DNA from: an uncultured Acidobacteriota bacterium
GTDB taxonomy: Bacteria; Acidobacteriota; Thermoanaerobaculia; Gp7-AA8
Assembly: GCA_963822445.1 (NCBI GenBank)
Contig: CAWGHO010000001.1
Location: forward strand, 544,001-608,000
Direction: 5' to 3'
Length of the DNA stretch: 64,000 bases
In this document: piece by piece, positions 24,030 through 34,661 of the stretch
Position numbering within the stretch: the stretch's first letter is position 1
Layout of the letters: each line of letters starts with the position of its first letter
Position numbers and translations under genes: made by a program
The notes under the pieces: generated by a model
What the model was told of the DNA's origin: nothing
The model's database searches: none
The model's input: the letters and a program-made list of their open reading frames with translations, nothing else

Positions 24030-24402
24030 CTGCGCTCCTCGACAGCCAGATCGGCGCGTTCCAGTTGCGGCGTGGGAGCGCCGAAGCGGCGGCCCTGCGG
24101 TTCAGCGTCGCGTACCAGGCGTTCGATGCCGCCGAAAGGGCGCGCGAAGCGCTCCTGGCTCGCAAGGGGATGGCCGAGGCCGCGGTCGCGCGCGGGTGTT
24201 TCACGAGGCGGTCTCGGAGTACTACAAGGTGCAGGCATTGCTCCTCGCGAACGGCGACGTCGTCGATGCCGCGGTCGCCTCGGCGGAGATCCTCGACCTG
24301 CCCCTCCCCGCCGGCCGCCACGATGAACTGCTGCAGCGCGCCCACCTCTTCGTGGGCACGTTCGCCGAGGCGGGCCTGAGGTTGAACGCGCTGCATGCGT
24401 AA
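24030..24402 (+). pseudogene. Fragment of a helical (TPR-like) protein gene
   Basis: Helical, Ala/Leu-rich text continues across a frame change near 24198 (…AEAAVARG / FHEAVSEYYKVQALL…); no start context. Confidence 0.45.
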
Positions 24403-24656
24403 ACGTTCCTCCGCCGGCGTGCTCGAGCCGGCGCGCTGACCCACGAAGACCTCGCCGCCGCCCGCGATTACTTCGAGCGCCTGCCCCTTCGCCCGAACGC
24501 GCCCTTCATCCCGCCGGAGCCGGGCCGATGACCGTGACCGAGCTGACACGCGGGCCGGAAGAGCGCAGCGAACCTAGGTGCGTGGTGACCGTCGCCGCGC
24601 CGCTGGCCAAACACAGCATATAATCGCTAATACTTCAGCAAATAGGGAGAGATAGA

Positions 24657-27600
24657 ATGCCGACGCTCCAGGACGCGGTCGATGCGATCGACCGTGGGGA
24701 AGATGCAGTCGCACGCGAACTCCTCAATTCGCTACTCGCAACCGATCCGGCACTCATCGATGCTTGGGTATGGCTCGCGACACTCGCAGAAGCAAGAAAC
24801 GACTTCGCGGAGCAACGACATTGTCTTGAGCGGATCACGGCAATAGATCCGAACAACTCCGAAGCGCGACGCATCCGTATACGCCTTCAACGAGCGGACG
24901 CATCGTCACAGCCTATGGCGCCAGCGCCGTCGGAAGTGCCACCTGGTGACCAGCCGCAACCGCAGTCTGACGTGGTGGAACACGAACTTGCCGACGAGGA
25001 AAATGACGGCGCCGGCACAGATGCCGACACACGGCACGTCATCAGGCTTGCGGCAACTCCGCGCCTCGACAAGATCGGCGCTCCCGTCTGGGATTGGTTC
25101 TTCGCCGACGAACGCTCGCTAATCGGCGCCTTACCGTCGCTCCTCAAAGACTTTATCGACGCGGGACAGGCGTTCGGTGCGGATACGGCACGCCTTGAGC
25201 GACTCCACACGACAGTGGCCGAAGGAAATGAGGAAGCGCGCAGAAATCTACTGGTAGCCGTGTTGCGCAGCGGCGTCGAGGCGGCGACCTTTCTAAATAG
25301 GCAAGAATCCTGCGGCCAGGCATTCTGGATCGCCAACGCTCTCTACCAGGCCGGGAAAATCGTCAGTTTCCGCGAGAAAAACAACACGCCTAAGATGATG
25401 GAGCGGTTGCTGGTTATTGCCGCCGACGCGGCGGCTCGGCTCGTCCCGTCCTCAGTAGCAATCGACGACCTGCAGATGGCCATAGATCGAATCATCACAC
25501 TCGCGCACAGCACGCGATACGTTGGACGTACCTTTGCATCCGTGCGTCCCGATCTCGGGATCGTCGAAAAAATCGCCCTCGATACGATTGCCGCAGATTT
25601 CGATCGCCGCTTGCGAGAGATGGTGGAGAGTGACCGACCCAGTATCAATGAATATGTCTCGAACAATATGCCGAAGCTGTACCGAATGAGACTTTCACCG
25701 GAATGGTTGGCGTGTCGAGATGCGTGGGAACAGGCCATCATTGATGCTGGGTACGACGACACGCTACGCAGCCTGAAGAGCTTGGGGCTCCTCGTACGAG
25801 TGGACCAAATTGGCATCATTCTTCCCGACGCACGGGATCAGATCCGAATGGCCGCGGACGCCGGTGATTACGCAAGCATCCGCAAGTTACTCGAACCCAG
25901 CGAAAAGGAGTTGCGGAACCTACTGTACAAGGAAACGCAGACTGCACTCGTGTTTCGCGAGCCACCGTCGCCGACCCTCAGGCAACAACACCGCGAGCCG
26001 TGGCAGCGCGCCATGCGAACATTACGCAACCACGGCCCGCGAGCCGCCATGGTGAAGGTCAGCGAGATCTGGCAAGAAGATGCCAACAATCTCGATATCC
26101 GCGATTGGGCCGCGTACCTGCACGCGCAGGACGCCAGCAAGCTGCAGGCGGAGCGGATCCTCACGGTCATCCGCGACTCCCGAAAGGCAGACCACAATTT
26201 CACCACGAGCTGGAACCTAGCCGTAATCTATTCGCAACGACATGAGGAGGCGAAAGCCTACGAGCTGCTGCTACCGTTATTCCATACGCATCAGACTGAC
26301 GAGCGCCTGATCAAGGTGCTGCTCGGGCTTGCGCGGTCCCTCAACGATCATGAGGGCTTCCTCCGCCTCATTCCCCAGTCGCGCACTCTGATGTACCACC
26401 CGATCGCATTTACGCTCGCTGTGGAGATCAACGATGATGCCCGCGCAAAGAGCATCCTCACGGAGATGATTGCGCGATGGGAACATCAATGGGACCTTCC
26501 ACATGTCAGCGCGCTCTATCGCAACGAAGATGAGCTGATAGCGGTCGTCACAAGCGGGATGATCGCGGGCCAGATCGAACAAGTCATTGCGTGGCTGCGC
26601 GCGCGCATCGCTGCAGCTCCGGCGTGGATCCCGAACTACCTCGTGTTGGCGAATGTACTTGAGCGCGAGCATCGTGACTTCGATGATGCATTTCAAGTGC
26701 TGCTCGAGGGATGCAAACGGCGCAGAGACGACGATCCGCGGCGTGACGCGGCGTATCGCGACCTGCTCGATTTGTGCCGTCGCGCGAAGCGCACAGATCT
26801 CGAACAGAGAGCGTACGAGTTCGCGAAGAAAGCACGCGTGAGCGAAAGCGTCCTCAGCCAGTTCCAAGTCGATTCGCGTGTGGTTAAGGATCGTGCGAGT
26901 GACGACGAAACCGAACCCTCTCAGACACCGCCACCAACAAAACCTCCGAAAGTTGTGACGCGCGAAGAGCCAAATTTCACGTGGATTACGGCTAAGCTGG
27001 CGCGCATCCGCGACGCCGACTCGTTTAGTAAGGAGCAGGTTGCGCTCGACGATTTCTCGTCGATGCTTTCTAGGTACTATCCCGATACGAGCGTTCAGAT
27101 CGTCCCTTGGTTGAAGGATCTCTCGAAGATCACGAACCAGTTCGCAGAAGCAGAACCAGAGTCGTCATATAACGATCGCGTAGTACTGTACAACCGCGCC
27201 ACAGCTATTGAGCGGGACCTCACGCGTCACATGGAGAGTGGAGCATTGCCACCGGACTTGGTGGAGGTCATGACGCCATATCATGAGGCGCTCAAACGCG
27301 TCGTCAGCAACCTTTCGCGCGCGGCCGGCGTCGGCCCGAAGGTCGAATCGACCATCCTAAATTCATTCATTGCTCCTGACGCGCCACGCACCACGGTCGT
27401 GGTTCAACTGAAAAACACGACCAACGGCGAACGAACAATTACTGATGTCGTCGTCGAACTGCGAGCAGAGCGCAATCTCGCTGCTGTAATGCCTCGGCAG
27501 CGGCTGATTCGGAGGTTGGAGGCGGCGCAGACCGTAGACATCAATTTCACGATCACGCTAGACGCAACGGCGCGCTCGGCGGCTGAGGTGACGTTTGACA

Positions 27601-29396
27601 TGTACGTCCGTTCGTCGGTGGAAGGGTTCCTAAACGTCGATCAACCAATAGCGCAGACGAAATTACCGGTAAGAACGCTTAGAGCGGCGATCAATACCGA
27701 CGAGATTCCAAAGCTCTTCATTGATAGCAGTCCGTTGGATCAGTCGTCGCAGCTGTTTCATGGACGCGACACCGTCATGCAGAGAATTCGGAGTAGCCTA
27801 TATGACGGTACACAGCGGGAACGTTTGTTTCTCGACGGTATCCGCCGCGTAGGCAAGAGTTCGATCATTAACTTTGTTCCCCTAAATGTACCCGACGTAA
27901 TTATTGCCGTTCCGTTGGGAACGGAGGGGCTGGGCCTGCAGGTACCGCTCGACGCGGCCGTGGTGCTTTGGAAGATCGCCAAAGTGATTGACGACGCTTT
28001 CCGCGCGCGCGCCATCACGCGACCAGCGCTGCCGACGCCGCCGACAATCGATGGCTGTGCAGCGTATTTCGAGTCCGTGAAGGCGGTTACTGGTTACACT
28101 CCACTGCTCATGGTTGATGAATTCCAGGAGATGTTAAAGAGCATCAAGGAAACCGGTCGGAATGCCGAGGTAATTCTCGACATCCTGCGTAATGCACTGG
28201 AGAAGCGTTTTATTTATGGCCTGTTCACCGGTTCGATCCGTTTCTCCAGTTTGTCAACGATTGTTCCACACCGGATTTTCGGCAATATTACCCGCTTGCG
28301 CGTCTCATTCCTCGAAGAGCCAGACGTTATGGCGGTTCTTCGCGCTGGCTTTGGGCAGTGGGTAGTCGCCACCCCCGGCGCAGTTAAGAGTATCTTCGAG
28401 CTTACAGGCGGCTATCCGTACATAGTACAAAAATTTGGCTCCGCACTCGTGACACTCCTTAATGAGGAGAAGCGCTGCATCGCGAGCAGCGACGACGTGG
28501 AGCGTGTGGCCAGCGCCGATCTCCTGAGTGACGACAGCATCTTTGAGTATTGGTGGCCGACCGATCAGTTGCGCCGTGATGAGGAGCGGGCGGTGGAACT
28601 GCTGTTCCATCACTTTCCTGATGCGACCTCTGTTTCAATCGATGACTTCCTCGGCAGAGTAGAGCGTCGCGAAGTCGAGAACCTCCGCAAGGCGCTGCAG
28701 AACCTACAATCCTGCGAAGTGCTCGATTCCACGGGCGCGGGCCAACTACGCTTTACGGCTGAGATCGTACGCCGATGGCTTCACGGCCACTACCACCGCG
28801 CCGAACGACGCCTGCGGATCCCGATGCAGCAAGAGGATTCTTCACTGCCGGCTATCGTTGCGAATACGCGGCCTCTTCTCGGCCACGTCGGCGTTTATAT
28901 CGATCACGAGAACTTCGTCAGGTCTCTCGCCCGAATTCGAATCGCGAGGTCGAGCGAGAACGAGCCAGCAGTGCGTTGGTTTGACCGCTCGCTTAAGCAA
29001 GTGCTCGGTGAAGTCGAAAAACGCTTCGGACGCATCGATCAGAAAGTCGCGGTTGCGTTCTGGGATCGTCAGGATGAGATGCGGTTGCAGCCGTCGTATA
29101 CGAGGCGGGACTTCGACGTGCGAACGCCGGAGCGCACGGGCAAAGGCAATGAAGCCGATTTCAAGCTCGCAGATGAGATCCGCCGTTCTATGGCCCAAGC
29201 CAAACTCGAAGGAGCCTCGCTGCGTGATGCGATTGTTATCACGGGTGATGCGGATTTCACGAACGTCATCAGTGGCTTGAAAAACGACGGTGTTAATGTG
29301 CATGTCTGGGCGGCCGGGGCGTCCGCTAGTCAAACGCTCATTGGTCTCGTTGGTCCAGAGAACGTCGTGATGCTCGACGACATTTGTGTTACGTAG
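24657..29396 (+). CDS. Large TPR - Ig-like - STAND/AAA ATPase - NYN (PIN-fold RNase) protein, putative defence
   Basis: N-terminal TPR; FHGR...GIRRVGKSS (Walker A), LLMVDEFQ (Walker B), GGYPY; C-terminal VYIDHEN...EADFKL...ITGDADF (NYN). Visibly more AT-rich than the flanks. Confidence 0.85.
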   Translation: MPTLQDAVDAIDRGEDAVARELLNSLLATDPALIDAWVWLATLAEARNDFAEQRHCLERITAIDPNNSEARRIRIRLQRADASSQPMAPAPSEVPPGDQPQPQSDVVEHELADEENDGAGTDADTRHVIRLAATPRLDKIGAPVWDWFFADERSLIGALPSLLKDFIDAGQAFGADTARLERLHTTVAEGNEEARRNLLVAVLRSGVEAATFLNRQESCGQAFWIANALYQAGKIVSFREKNNTPKMMERLLVIAADAAARLVPSSVAIDDLQMAIDRIITLAHSTRYVGRTFASVRPDLGIVEKIALDTIAADFDRRLREMVESDRPSINEYVSNNMPKLYRMRLSPEWLACRDAWEQAIIDAGYDDTLRSLKSLGLLVRVDQIGIILPDARDQIRMAADAGDYASIRKLLEPSEKELRNLLYKETQTALVFREPPSPTLRQQHREPWQRAMRTLRNHGPRAAMVKVSEIWQEDANNLDIRDWAAYLHAQDASKLQAERILTVIRDSRKADHNFTTSWNLAVIYSQRHEEAKAYELLLPLFHTHQTDERLIKVLLGLARSLNDHEGFLRLIPQSRTLMYHPIAFTLAVEINDDARAKSILTEMIARWEHQWDLPHVSALYRNEDELIAVVTSGMIAGQIEQVIAWLRARIAAAPAWIPNYLVLANVLEREHRDFDDAFQVLLEGCKRRRDDDPRRDAAYRDLLDLCRRAKRTDLEQRAYEFAKKARVSESVLSQFQVDSRVVKDRASDDETEPSQTPPPTKPPKVVTREEPNFTWITAKLARIRDADSFSKEQVALDDFSSMLSRYYPDTSVQIVPWLKDLSKITNQFAEAEPESSYNDRVVLYNRATAIERDLTRHMESGALPPDLVEVMTPYHEALKRVVSNLSRAAGVGPKVESTILNSFIAPDAPRTTVVVQLKNTTNGERTITDVVVELRAERNLAAVMPRQRLIRRLEAAQTVDINFTITLDATARSAAEVTFDMYVRSSVEGFLNVDQPIAQTKLPVRTLRAAINTDEIPKLFIDSSPLDQSSQLFHGRDTVMQRIRSSLYDGTQRERLFLDGIRRVGKSSIINFVPLNVPDVIIAVPLGTEGLGLQVPLDAAVVLWKIAKVIDDAFRARAITRPALPTPPTIDGCAAYFESVKAVTGYTPLLMVDEFQEMLKSIKETGRNAEVILDILRNALEKRFIYGLFTGSIRFSSLSTIVPHRIFGNITRLRVSFLEEPDVMAVLRAGFGQWVVATPGAVKSIFELTGGYPYIVQKFGSALVTLLNEEKRCIASSDDVERVASADLLSDDSIFEYWWPTDQLRRDEERAVELLFHHFPDATSVSIDDFLGRVERREVENLRKALQNLQSCEVLDSTGAGQLRFTAEIVRRWLHGHYHRAERRLRIPMQQEDSSLPAIVANTRPLLGHVGVYIDHENFVRSLARIRIARSSENEPAVRWFDRSLKQVLGEVEKRFGRIDQKVAVAFWDRQDEMRLQPSYTRRDFDVRTPERTGKGNEADFKLADEIRRSMAQAKLEGASLRDAIVITGDADFTNVISGLKNDGVNVHVWAAGASASQTLIGLVGPENVVMLDDICVT

Positions 29397-30017
29397 CTCC
29401 CCGGGCGCGGGAGGGCAGACAGTACGAGTCTTCGTACGGAGATCGTACGCAGCGAGGCCCGCGCCTTCTCCGCGCACCAGCGCCGCGGATCCGTTTGCAA
29501 CTGGCGGCATAACCAACCCGGACAAGCTGGTGGTGAACAACCGCATGGTCGCGCATCGTAACCTCGACCTCGACGCCATGCCCGGCAGCGGTGGCCTCGC
29601 GGGATGGACGGAGGGTCGGGCCTGCCGGCAGGCTTCGTCGCGCGAGGTGCAGATATACGGCAGCGGCGCCGCGCCGGCGGTTGGTCGCGCCGAGTCTGCC
29701 GGAGGAGGCGATCGTCGTGACGTTCGGGCCGAAGAAGTTCCGCTACGAGGAGACTAAGGTCCCGAAGGACGAGAGAAGGCAAAGGACGCGCTGCTAAAAG
29801 AGACTCGCTGCGCGGCTACGACATCGACCGGGCCATCCTGCGCGAGGTCAAGCGCGGCGCCGAGATCGTCGTCGGCGAAACGAACCTCGAGCGCGACAAG
29901 CCGGCCCGCCTCTTCGTTGGCCGTGCATTCGGCGAAGTGGGACCGCGAGCAGCTCACGCAGGAAAGTTTCACCCCCTCCGCAACAACCGCGTGCGTTCTC
30001 TCGTAAACGCACGTCCA

Positions 30018-30911
30018 ATGACACTTTCCATTTCTGGCCTCTCGAAAACGTACCCGAATGGCACCCGGGCGTTGAAAGGGATCTCCCTCGACGTTCCGCC
30101 GGGGATGTTCGGGTTGCTCGGGCGCAACGGGGCCGGCAAGTCGACGCTCATGCGCATCCTGGCCACGCTGCAGGAGCCGGATGAGGGAACGATTCATCTC
30201 GGCGAACTCGACGTCATCCGGCAGAAGGAGCTCGTTCGCGAGACGCTCGGGTACCTCCCCCAGTCGTTCGGCTTCCACCCGCGGGTGCGGGCGGAGCGGT
30301 TGCTGGATCACTTTGCCGTCCTGAAGGGTCTCGTCGACGCCGCGCCGAGGCGCGAGGTCGTGGAGGCGCTGTTGCGGCGGACGAATCTGTGGGACGTGCG
30401 CAACCAGCGCGTCGGCACGTTCTCCGGCGGCATGCGCCAGCGCCTCGGCGTGGCCATCGCGCTGCTGGGGAGTCCGAAGCTGATCATCGTCGACGAGCCG
30501 ACGGCGGGACTCGACCCCGAGGAGCGCGTGCGGTTTTTGAATTTGCTGAGTGAGATCGGGGAAGCGAGTGCGGTCATTCTGTCGACGCACATCGTCGAAG
30601 ACGTCGAGGAGCTGTGCAGCAACCTGGCGATCATCGACCGCGGCGAGATCCTCCTCGCCGGTTCGCCGGCGCGCGTGATCGCGGAAGTGCGCGGGCGGAT
30701 CTGGCGTCGCACGGTAACGCGGGAGGAGCTTCCGGCGCTGGAACAGGAGCATTCGGTGATCTCGACGAAGCTGCTGGCCGGACAGACGATCGCGCACGTG
30801 TATGCCGACGAGTCGCCGGGATCCGGCTTCGAGCCGGTCGAGCCCGACCTGAAGGACGTCTACTTCGCGGTCATGGGCGGTCACCGCGGCGCGCGGGCGG
30901 CGGCGGCATGA
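30018..30911 (+). CDS. ABC transporter ATP-binding protein
   Basis: GRNGAGKST, FSGGMRQR, IIVDEPTAGLD, LSTH. Confidence 0.95.
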   Translation: MTLSISGLSKTYPNGTRALKGISLDVPPGMFGLLGRNGAGKSTLMRILATLQEPDEGTIHLGELDVIRQKELVRETLGYLPQSFGFHPRVRAERLLDHFAVLKGLVDAAPRREVVEALLRRTNLWDVRNQRVGTFSGGMRQRLGVAIALLGSPKLIIVDEPTAGLDPEERVRFLNLLSEIGEASAVILSTHIVEDVEELCSNLAIIDRGEILLAGSPARVIAEVRGRIWRRTVTREELPALEQEHSVISTKLLAGQTIAHVYADESPGSGFEPVEPDLKDVYFAVMGGHRGARAAAA

Positions 30912-33900
30912 GATTCGGCGAGGTCTTTCGATACGAATTCGGGTACCGAGTCCGCTCGATCTCGACGTGGGTCTACGCCGTCGCCCTGCTGCTCATCGGG
31001 TTCTACATCGTGCATGTCGCCGTCACCGGCACGAACCCGGTCCACGTCAACTCGCCGCAAGACCTCGCGGAGAAGACGGCGCTCCTGTGCGGATTGTTCG
31101 GCATCCTCGTAACGGCCGGCCTCTTCTCCGATGCGGCCATCCGCGACCGCACGGCCGGAATGGATGCGCTCCTCTTCACCACCCGCCTCCGTCCTGCCGA
31201 ATACCTCCGCGGCCGCTTCCTGGCAGCGCTGGCGATCAACAGCATCCTCGTCTTCGCGATCCCGATCGGGCTCGCCGTCGGCACGATGATGCCGTATCTC
31301 ACGCGCGATGCGTTCGGCCCGAACACGTTCGCGGCGTATCTGCAGCCGATGCTGCTCTTCGTCCTGCCGAACCTCGTCCTGGTCGGGGCGATCCTCTTCA
31401 CGATCGCCGCCCTCACCCGCCACGTCATCCCCGTCTACCTCGGCGCGATCGCGTTTTTCATCGGCTACCTCGTCGCCGGCGGCTACTGGAGCGACATCAC
31501 GAATCCGCTCCTCTCCGTGCTGGCGGACCCGCTGGGGATCAACACGCTCGAGGGAATGACCGCGTACTGGACGGCGTCGGAGCGGAACACGCGCCTGATC
31601 GGATTCCCGTCGACGCTGTTGTGGAACCGGCTTTTCTGGCTCGCGATCGCGGCGGGGCTGTTCGCCGTCCTGCAGCGCGCGTTCCGCTTCACGCAGCGCG
31701 AAAGCGGTCGCGGCAACGAGACGGTGGACGCGCCTGGCGAGAGGGCTGAAGAGCGAGCATTCGGAGCCGTGCCGCAACTCCGCGGCGTATTCGGTTCGCG
31801 CACGCGCATGCGTCAGACACTGGCCGTGACGCGCCAGTCGCTCGCGGAAGCGGTTTCCGGCCGCGCGTTTCCCGTGGCCTTCCTCGCGGCGATCGGTCTG
31901 GTCGTGCTCCGCGGCTGGAACCTTGGCGACACCATCTTCGACACGATCACCTGGCCGGTCACGCATCTCGTCGCGCAGGTCGTGCTGTCGGAGCGCGCCA
32001 TCTTCGTTCCCTGGCTGGTCATCGCGCTCTACGCGGGTGAGCTGGTCTGGAAGGATCGTGAAACGGGAGCGGCGCAGATCGCGGACGCGGCGCCCGTGCG
32101 CACGAGCGTCGTCCTGCTCGGGCGTTTCCTGGCGCTCGTCGCGCTCGTCGCGCTCTTCCAGCTCGCGTTCATGATCGGCGGCGTCCTGCTGCAGGTGCTG
32201 CAGGGCTACTACGACTTCGAGCCCGGCCTCTACCTGCGCATCCTGTTCGGATGGAACCTCGCCGGGTACGTCCTGCTCGCGGCATTCGCGATGACGGCTC
32301 ACGTGCTCGTGAACAACAAATACGTCGGACACGTCGTCGTGCTGCTCGCGACCCTCTTCAACTACTCGGCGGTGCACGGAACCCACAACCTGCTGATCTA
32401 CAACGGCGGGCCCGCGCTCAAATACTCGGCGATGAACGGCTTCGGACCGTTCGTGACGCCGTTCGTCTGGTTCAAGCTCTACTGGGCGGCGTGGGCGATG
32501 TTGCTTGCGGTCGTGACGATGCTCTTCTGGGTCCGCGGACCGGAGCTCGGGATCCGTGAGCGGCTCGCCACCGCGCGTGCGCGATTCACCGCGCAAACCG
32601 CGCGTATGGCCGGAGTCGCTGTCGCGCTGATCCTCGTCCTCGGTGGATTCATCTTCTTCAACACGAACGTCTTGAATGAGTATGTCTCGCCGGTGAAGGC
32701 GGGACTGCTGCAGGCCGACTACGAGCGCCGTTACGCGCGCTACGCGAACCTGCCGCAGCCGGTCATCGCCGGCGCAGAGCTGCGCTACGAGATCTATCCC
32801 GAAGCGCCGGCCGTCGACTCGCGCGGCTCGTACCGGCTCGTGAACCAGACCGGCGTGCCGATCCGCCTGGTGCACGTCGACACGCCGAGCGGCCCTGCGT
32901 ACGAAGTGCGATCGATGAAGTTCGACCGCGCCTCGAAGACCGAGATGGTCGATCCGAGGCATGGCTACCGGATCTTCGCGTTGGAGCGCGCGCTCGCGCC
33001 CGGCGAGTCGATGCAGTTCTCATTCGACCTGGCGTTCCGCCCGCGCGGGTTCCAGCACGGCGGCGGGCAGACGATGGTCGTCCGCAACGGCACCTACTTC
33101 GACAGGCGACTCCTCCCGTTCATCGGGTATCAGCGTGGGCTCGAGATGTCGAGCGACTCCGAGCGGAAGGGCTACGGCCTGCCCCCGCGGCCACCCATGC
33201 CCGAACCCGGCGACGCCGCGGCGAGGCGGTATCAGAGCCAGTTCCGCGACGGCGATCGCATGCAGGTCGAGACCATCGTCGGCACCGCTGCCGATCAGAT
33301 CGCGGTCGTCCCGGGCATGCTGCGCCGGAGCTGGACGGAGAAAGGCCGCCGCTACTTTCACTACGGCTCGCGTGTCCCGGAGACGTTCGCCGGGTCCGTG
33401 TTCTCGGCCAGGTACGCGGTGGCGAAAGGCCGGTGGAAGAACCCTTCGGCAAGCTCAGGGCAGGTCGTCGATCTCGAAATCTTCCATCACCCGGCGCATC
33501 GCGCGAACCTCGATCGCATGATGTCCGGCATGCAGTCGGCGCTCGACTACTACACGTCCGCGTTCGGACCGTATCCGTATCGCGAACTGCGCATCGTCGA
33601 GGTCCCGCCGTACAGCATCAACGGCCGCGCGTTCCCCTCGGCGGTCGCGTTCTCGGAACAGATCTTCATCACCCGCACCGGGCCGGGCCTGGTCGACCTG
33701 ACGTTCTTCGGGACGGCGCACGAGATCGGCCATCACTGGTGGGGCGGACAGGTCCGCCCGGCATACGCGAAGGGACGCGGGTTCGTGTCCGAATCGCTCG
33801 CGAACTACAGCGCCCTGCTCGTGACGGAGAAGGTCCTTGGACCCGCCGAAGCGCGTCGCGTCTACGAGTACCAGATGAACCGCTATCTCCAGGGCCGCGG

Positions 33901-34489
33901 CGACTTCGGCAGCGACGTTCCGCTCCTCGAAGTGGGCGAACATCCACACGTCGAGTACGCGAAAGGCGCCGTTGCGCTGTACACGTTGCGCGAGCAGGTC
34001 GGTGCGGAGGCCGTCAACGGCGCGCTGCGCCGCTTTCTCGAAAAGTACCGAGGATCGGGACCGCCGTATGCGACGTCACTCGATCTGTACGCGGAGCTCC
34101 GCGCGGTCACACCGCCGTCGCTATACCCCCTGCTCACCGACCTCTTCGAAACGATCACGCTGTGGGACGTGAAGACCCAGAGCGCCGCCGCCCGCCGTCT
34201 GGCTGATGGAAAGTACGAGGTGACGCTCGAAGTGATGGCGCAGAAGCTGCGGGCCGACGGCATCGGCGTCGAAACCGCGACCCCGATGAACGACTTCGTC
34301 GAGGTCGGTGTCTTCGCGTCTGAAAAAAATGACGCGATTTACCTGGTGCGCCATCGCATCCGCAGCGGCAAGCAGATCCTTCGCTTCATCGTGCCGCAGC
34401 AGCCGTCGCGCGCCGGCATTGATCCGTACGGCAAACTGATTGAGCGCGAGCGCGGCGACAACGTGGTGGAGGTGGAGATGGGAGGTTGA
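30908..34489 (+). CDS. ABC permease - M1 aminopeptidase-like fusion
   Basis: ATG overlaps the ATPase stop; two permease TM blocks, then AHEIGHHWWG...ESLANY and YAKG. Confidence 0.9.
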   Translation: MRFGEVFRYEFGYRVRSISTWVYAVALLLIGFYIVHVAVTGTNPVHVNSPQDLAEKTALLCGLFGILVTAGLFSDAAIRDRTAGMDALLFTTRLRPAEYLRGRFLAALAINSILVFAIPIGLAVGTMMPYLTRDAFGPNTFAAYLQPMLLFVLPNLVLVGAILFTIAALTRHVIPVYLGAIAFFIGYLVAGGYWSDITNPLLSVLADPLGINTLEGMTAYWTASERNTRLIGFPSTLLWNRLFWLAIAAGLFAVLQRAFRFTQRESGRGNETVDAPGERAEERAFGAVPQLRGVFGSRTRMRQTLAVTRQSLAEAVSGRAFPVAFLAAIGLVVLRGWNLGDTIFDTITWPVTHLVAQVVLSERAIFVPWLVIALYAGELVWKDRETGAAQIADAAPVRTSVVLLGRFLALVALVALFQLAFMIGGVLLQVLQGYYDFEPGLYLRILFGWNLAGYVLLAAFAMTAHVLVNNKYVGHVVVLLATLFNYSAVHGTHNLLIYNGGPALKYSAMNGFGPFVTPFVWFKLYWAAWAMLLAVVTMLFWVRGPELGIRERLATARARFTAQTARMAGVAVALILVLGGFIFFNTNVLNEYVSPVKAGLLQADYERRYARYANLPQPVIAGAELRYEIYPEAPAVDSRGSYRLVNQTGVPIRLVHVDTPSGPAYEVRSMKFDRASKTEMVDPRHGYRIFALERALAPGESMQFSFDLAFRPRGFQHGGGQTMVVRNGTYFDRRLLPFIGYQRGLEMSSDSERKGYGLPPRPPMPEPGDAAARRYQSQFRDGDRMQVETIVGTAADQIAVVPGMLRRSWTEKGRRYFHYGSRVPETFAGSVFSARYAVAKGRWKNPSASSGQVVDLEIFHHPAHRANLDRMMSGMQSALDYYTSAFGPYPYRELRIVEVPPYSINGRAFPSAVAFSEQIFITRTGPGLVDLTFFGTAHEIGHHWWGGQVRPAYAKGRGFVSESLANYSALLVTEKVLGPAEARRVYEYQMNRYLQGRGDFGSDVPLLEVGEHPHVEYAKGAVALYTLREQVGAEAVNGALRRFLEKYRGSGPPYATSLDLYAELRAVTPPSLYPLLTDLFETITLWDVKTQSAAARRLADGKYEVTLEVMAQKLRADGIGVETATPMNDFVEVGVFASEKNDAIYLVRHRIRSGKQILRFIVPQQPSRAGIDPYGKLIERERGDNVVEVEMGG
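33442..33464. repeat. REP-like element in-frame inside the M1 domain
   Basis: CCCTTCGGCAAGCTCAGGGCAGG encoding NPSASSGQ; resembles the intergenic copy at 13590-13613. Confidence 0.6.
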
Positions 34490-34661
34490 ACGAGGAGACT
34501 GTCAGCGTGTGAGGTTTTCTTCGGGAGGCATCGATGCCGCCGGTTGGAGCGCTGGCGTCCCGCCGGCAAAGCAGGGCCAGGGGCGCATCTGACGTGCGAA
34601 GCGTCAATGGTCGATGCGAATTCGTCGATGCCTGTGCGGTCAGGCCCGGTTCCTCGTTTAG

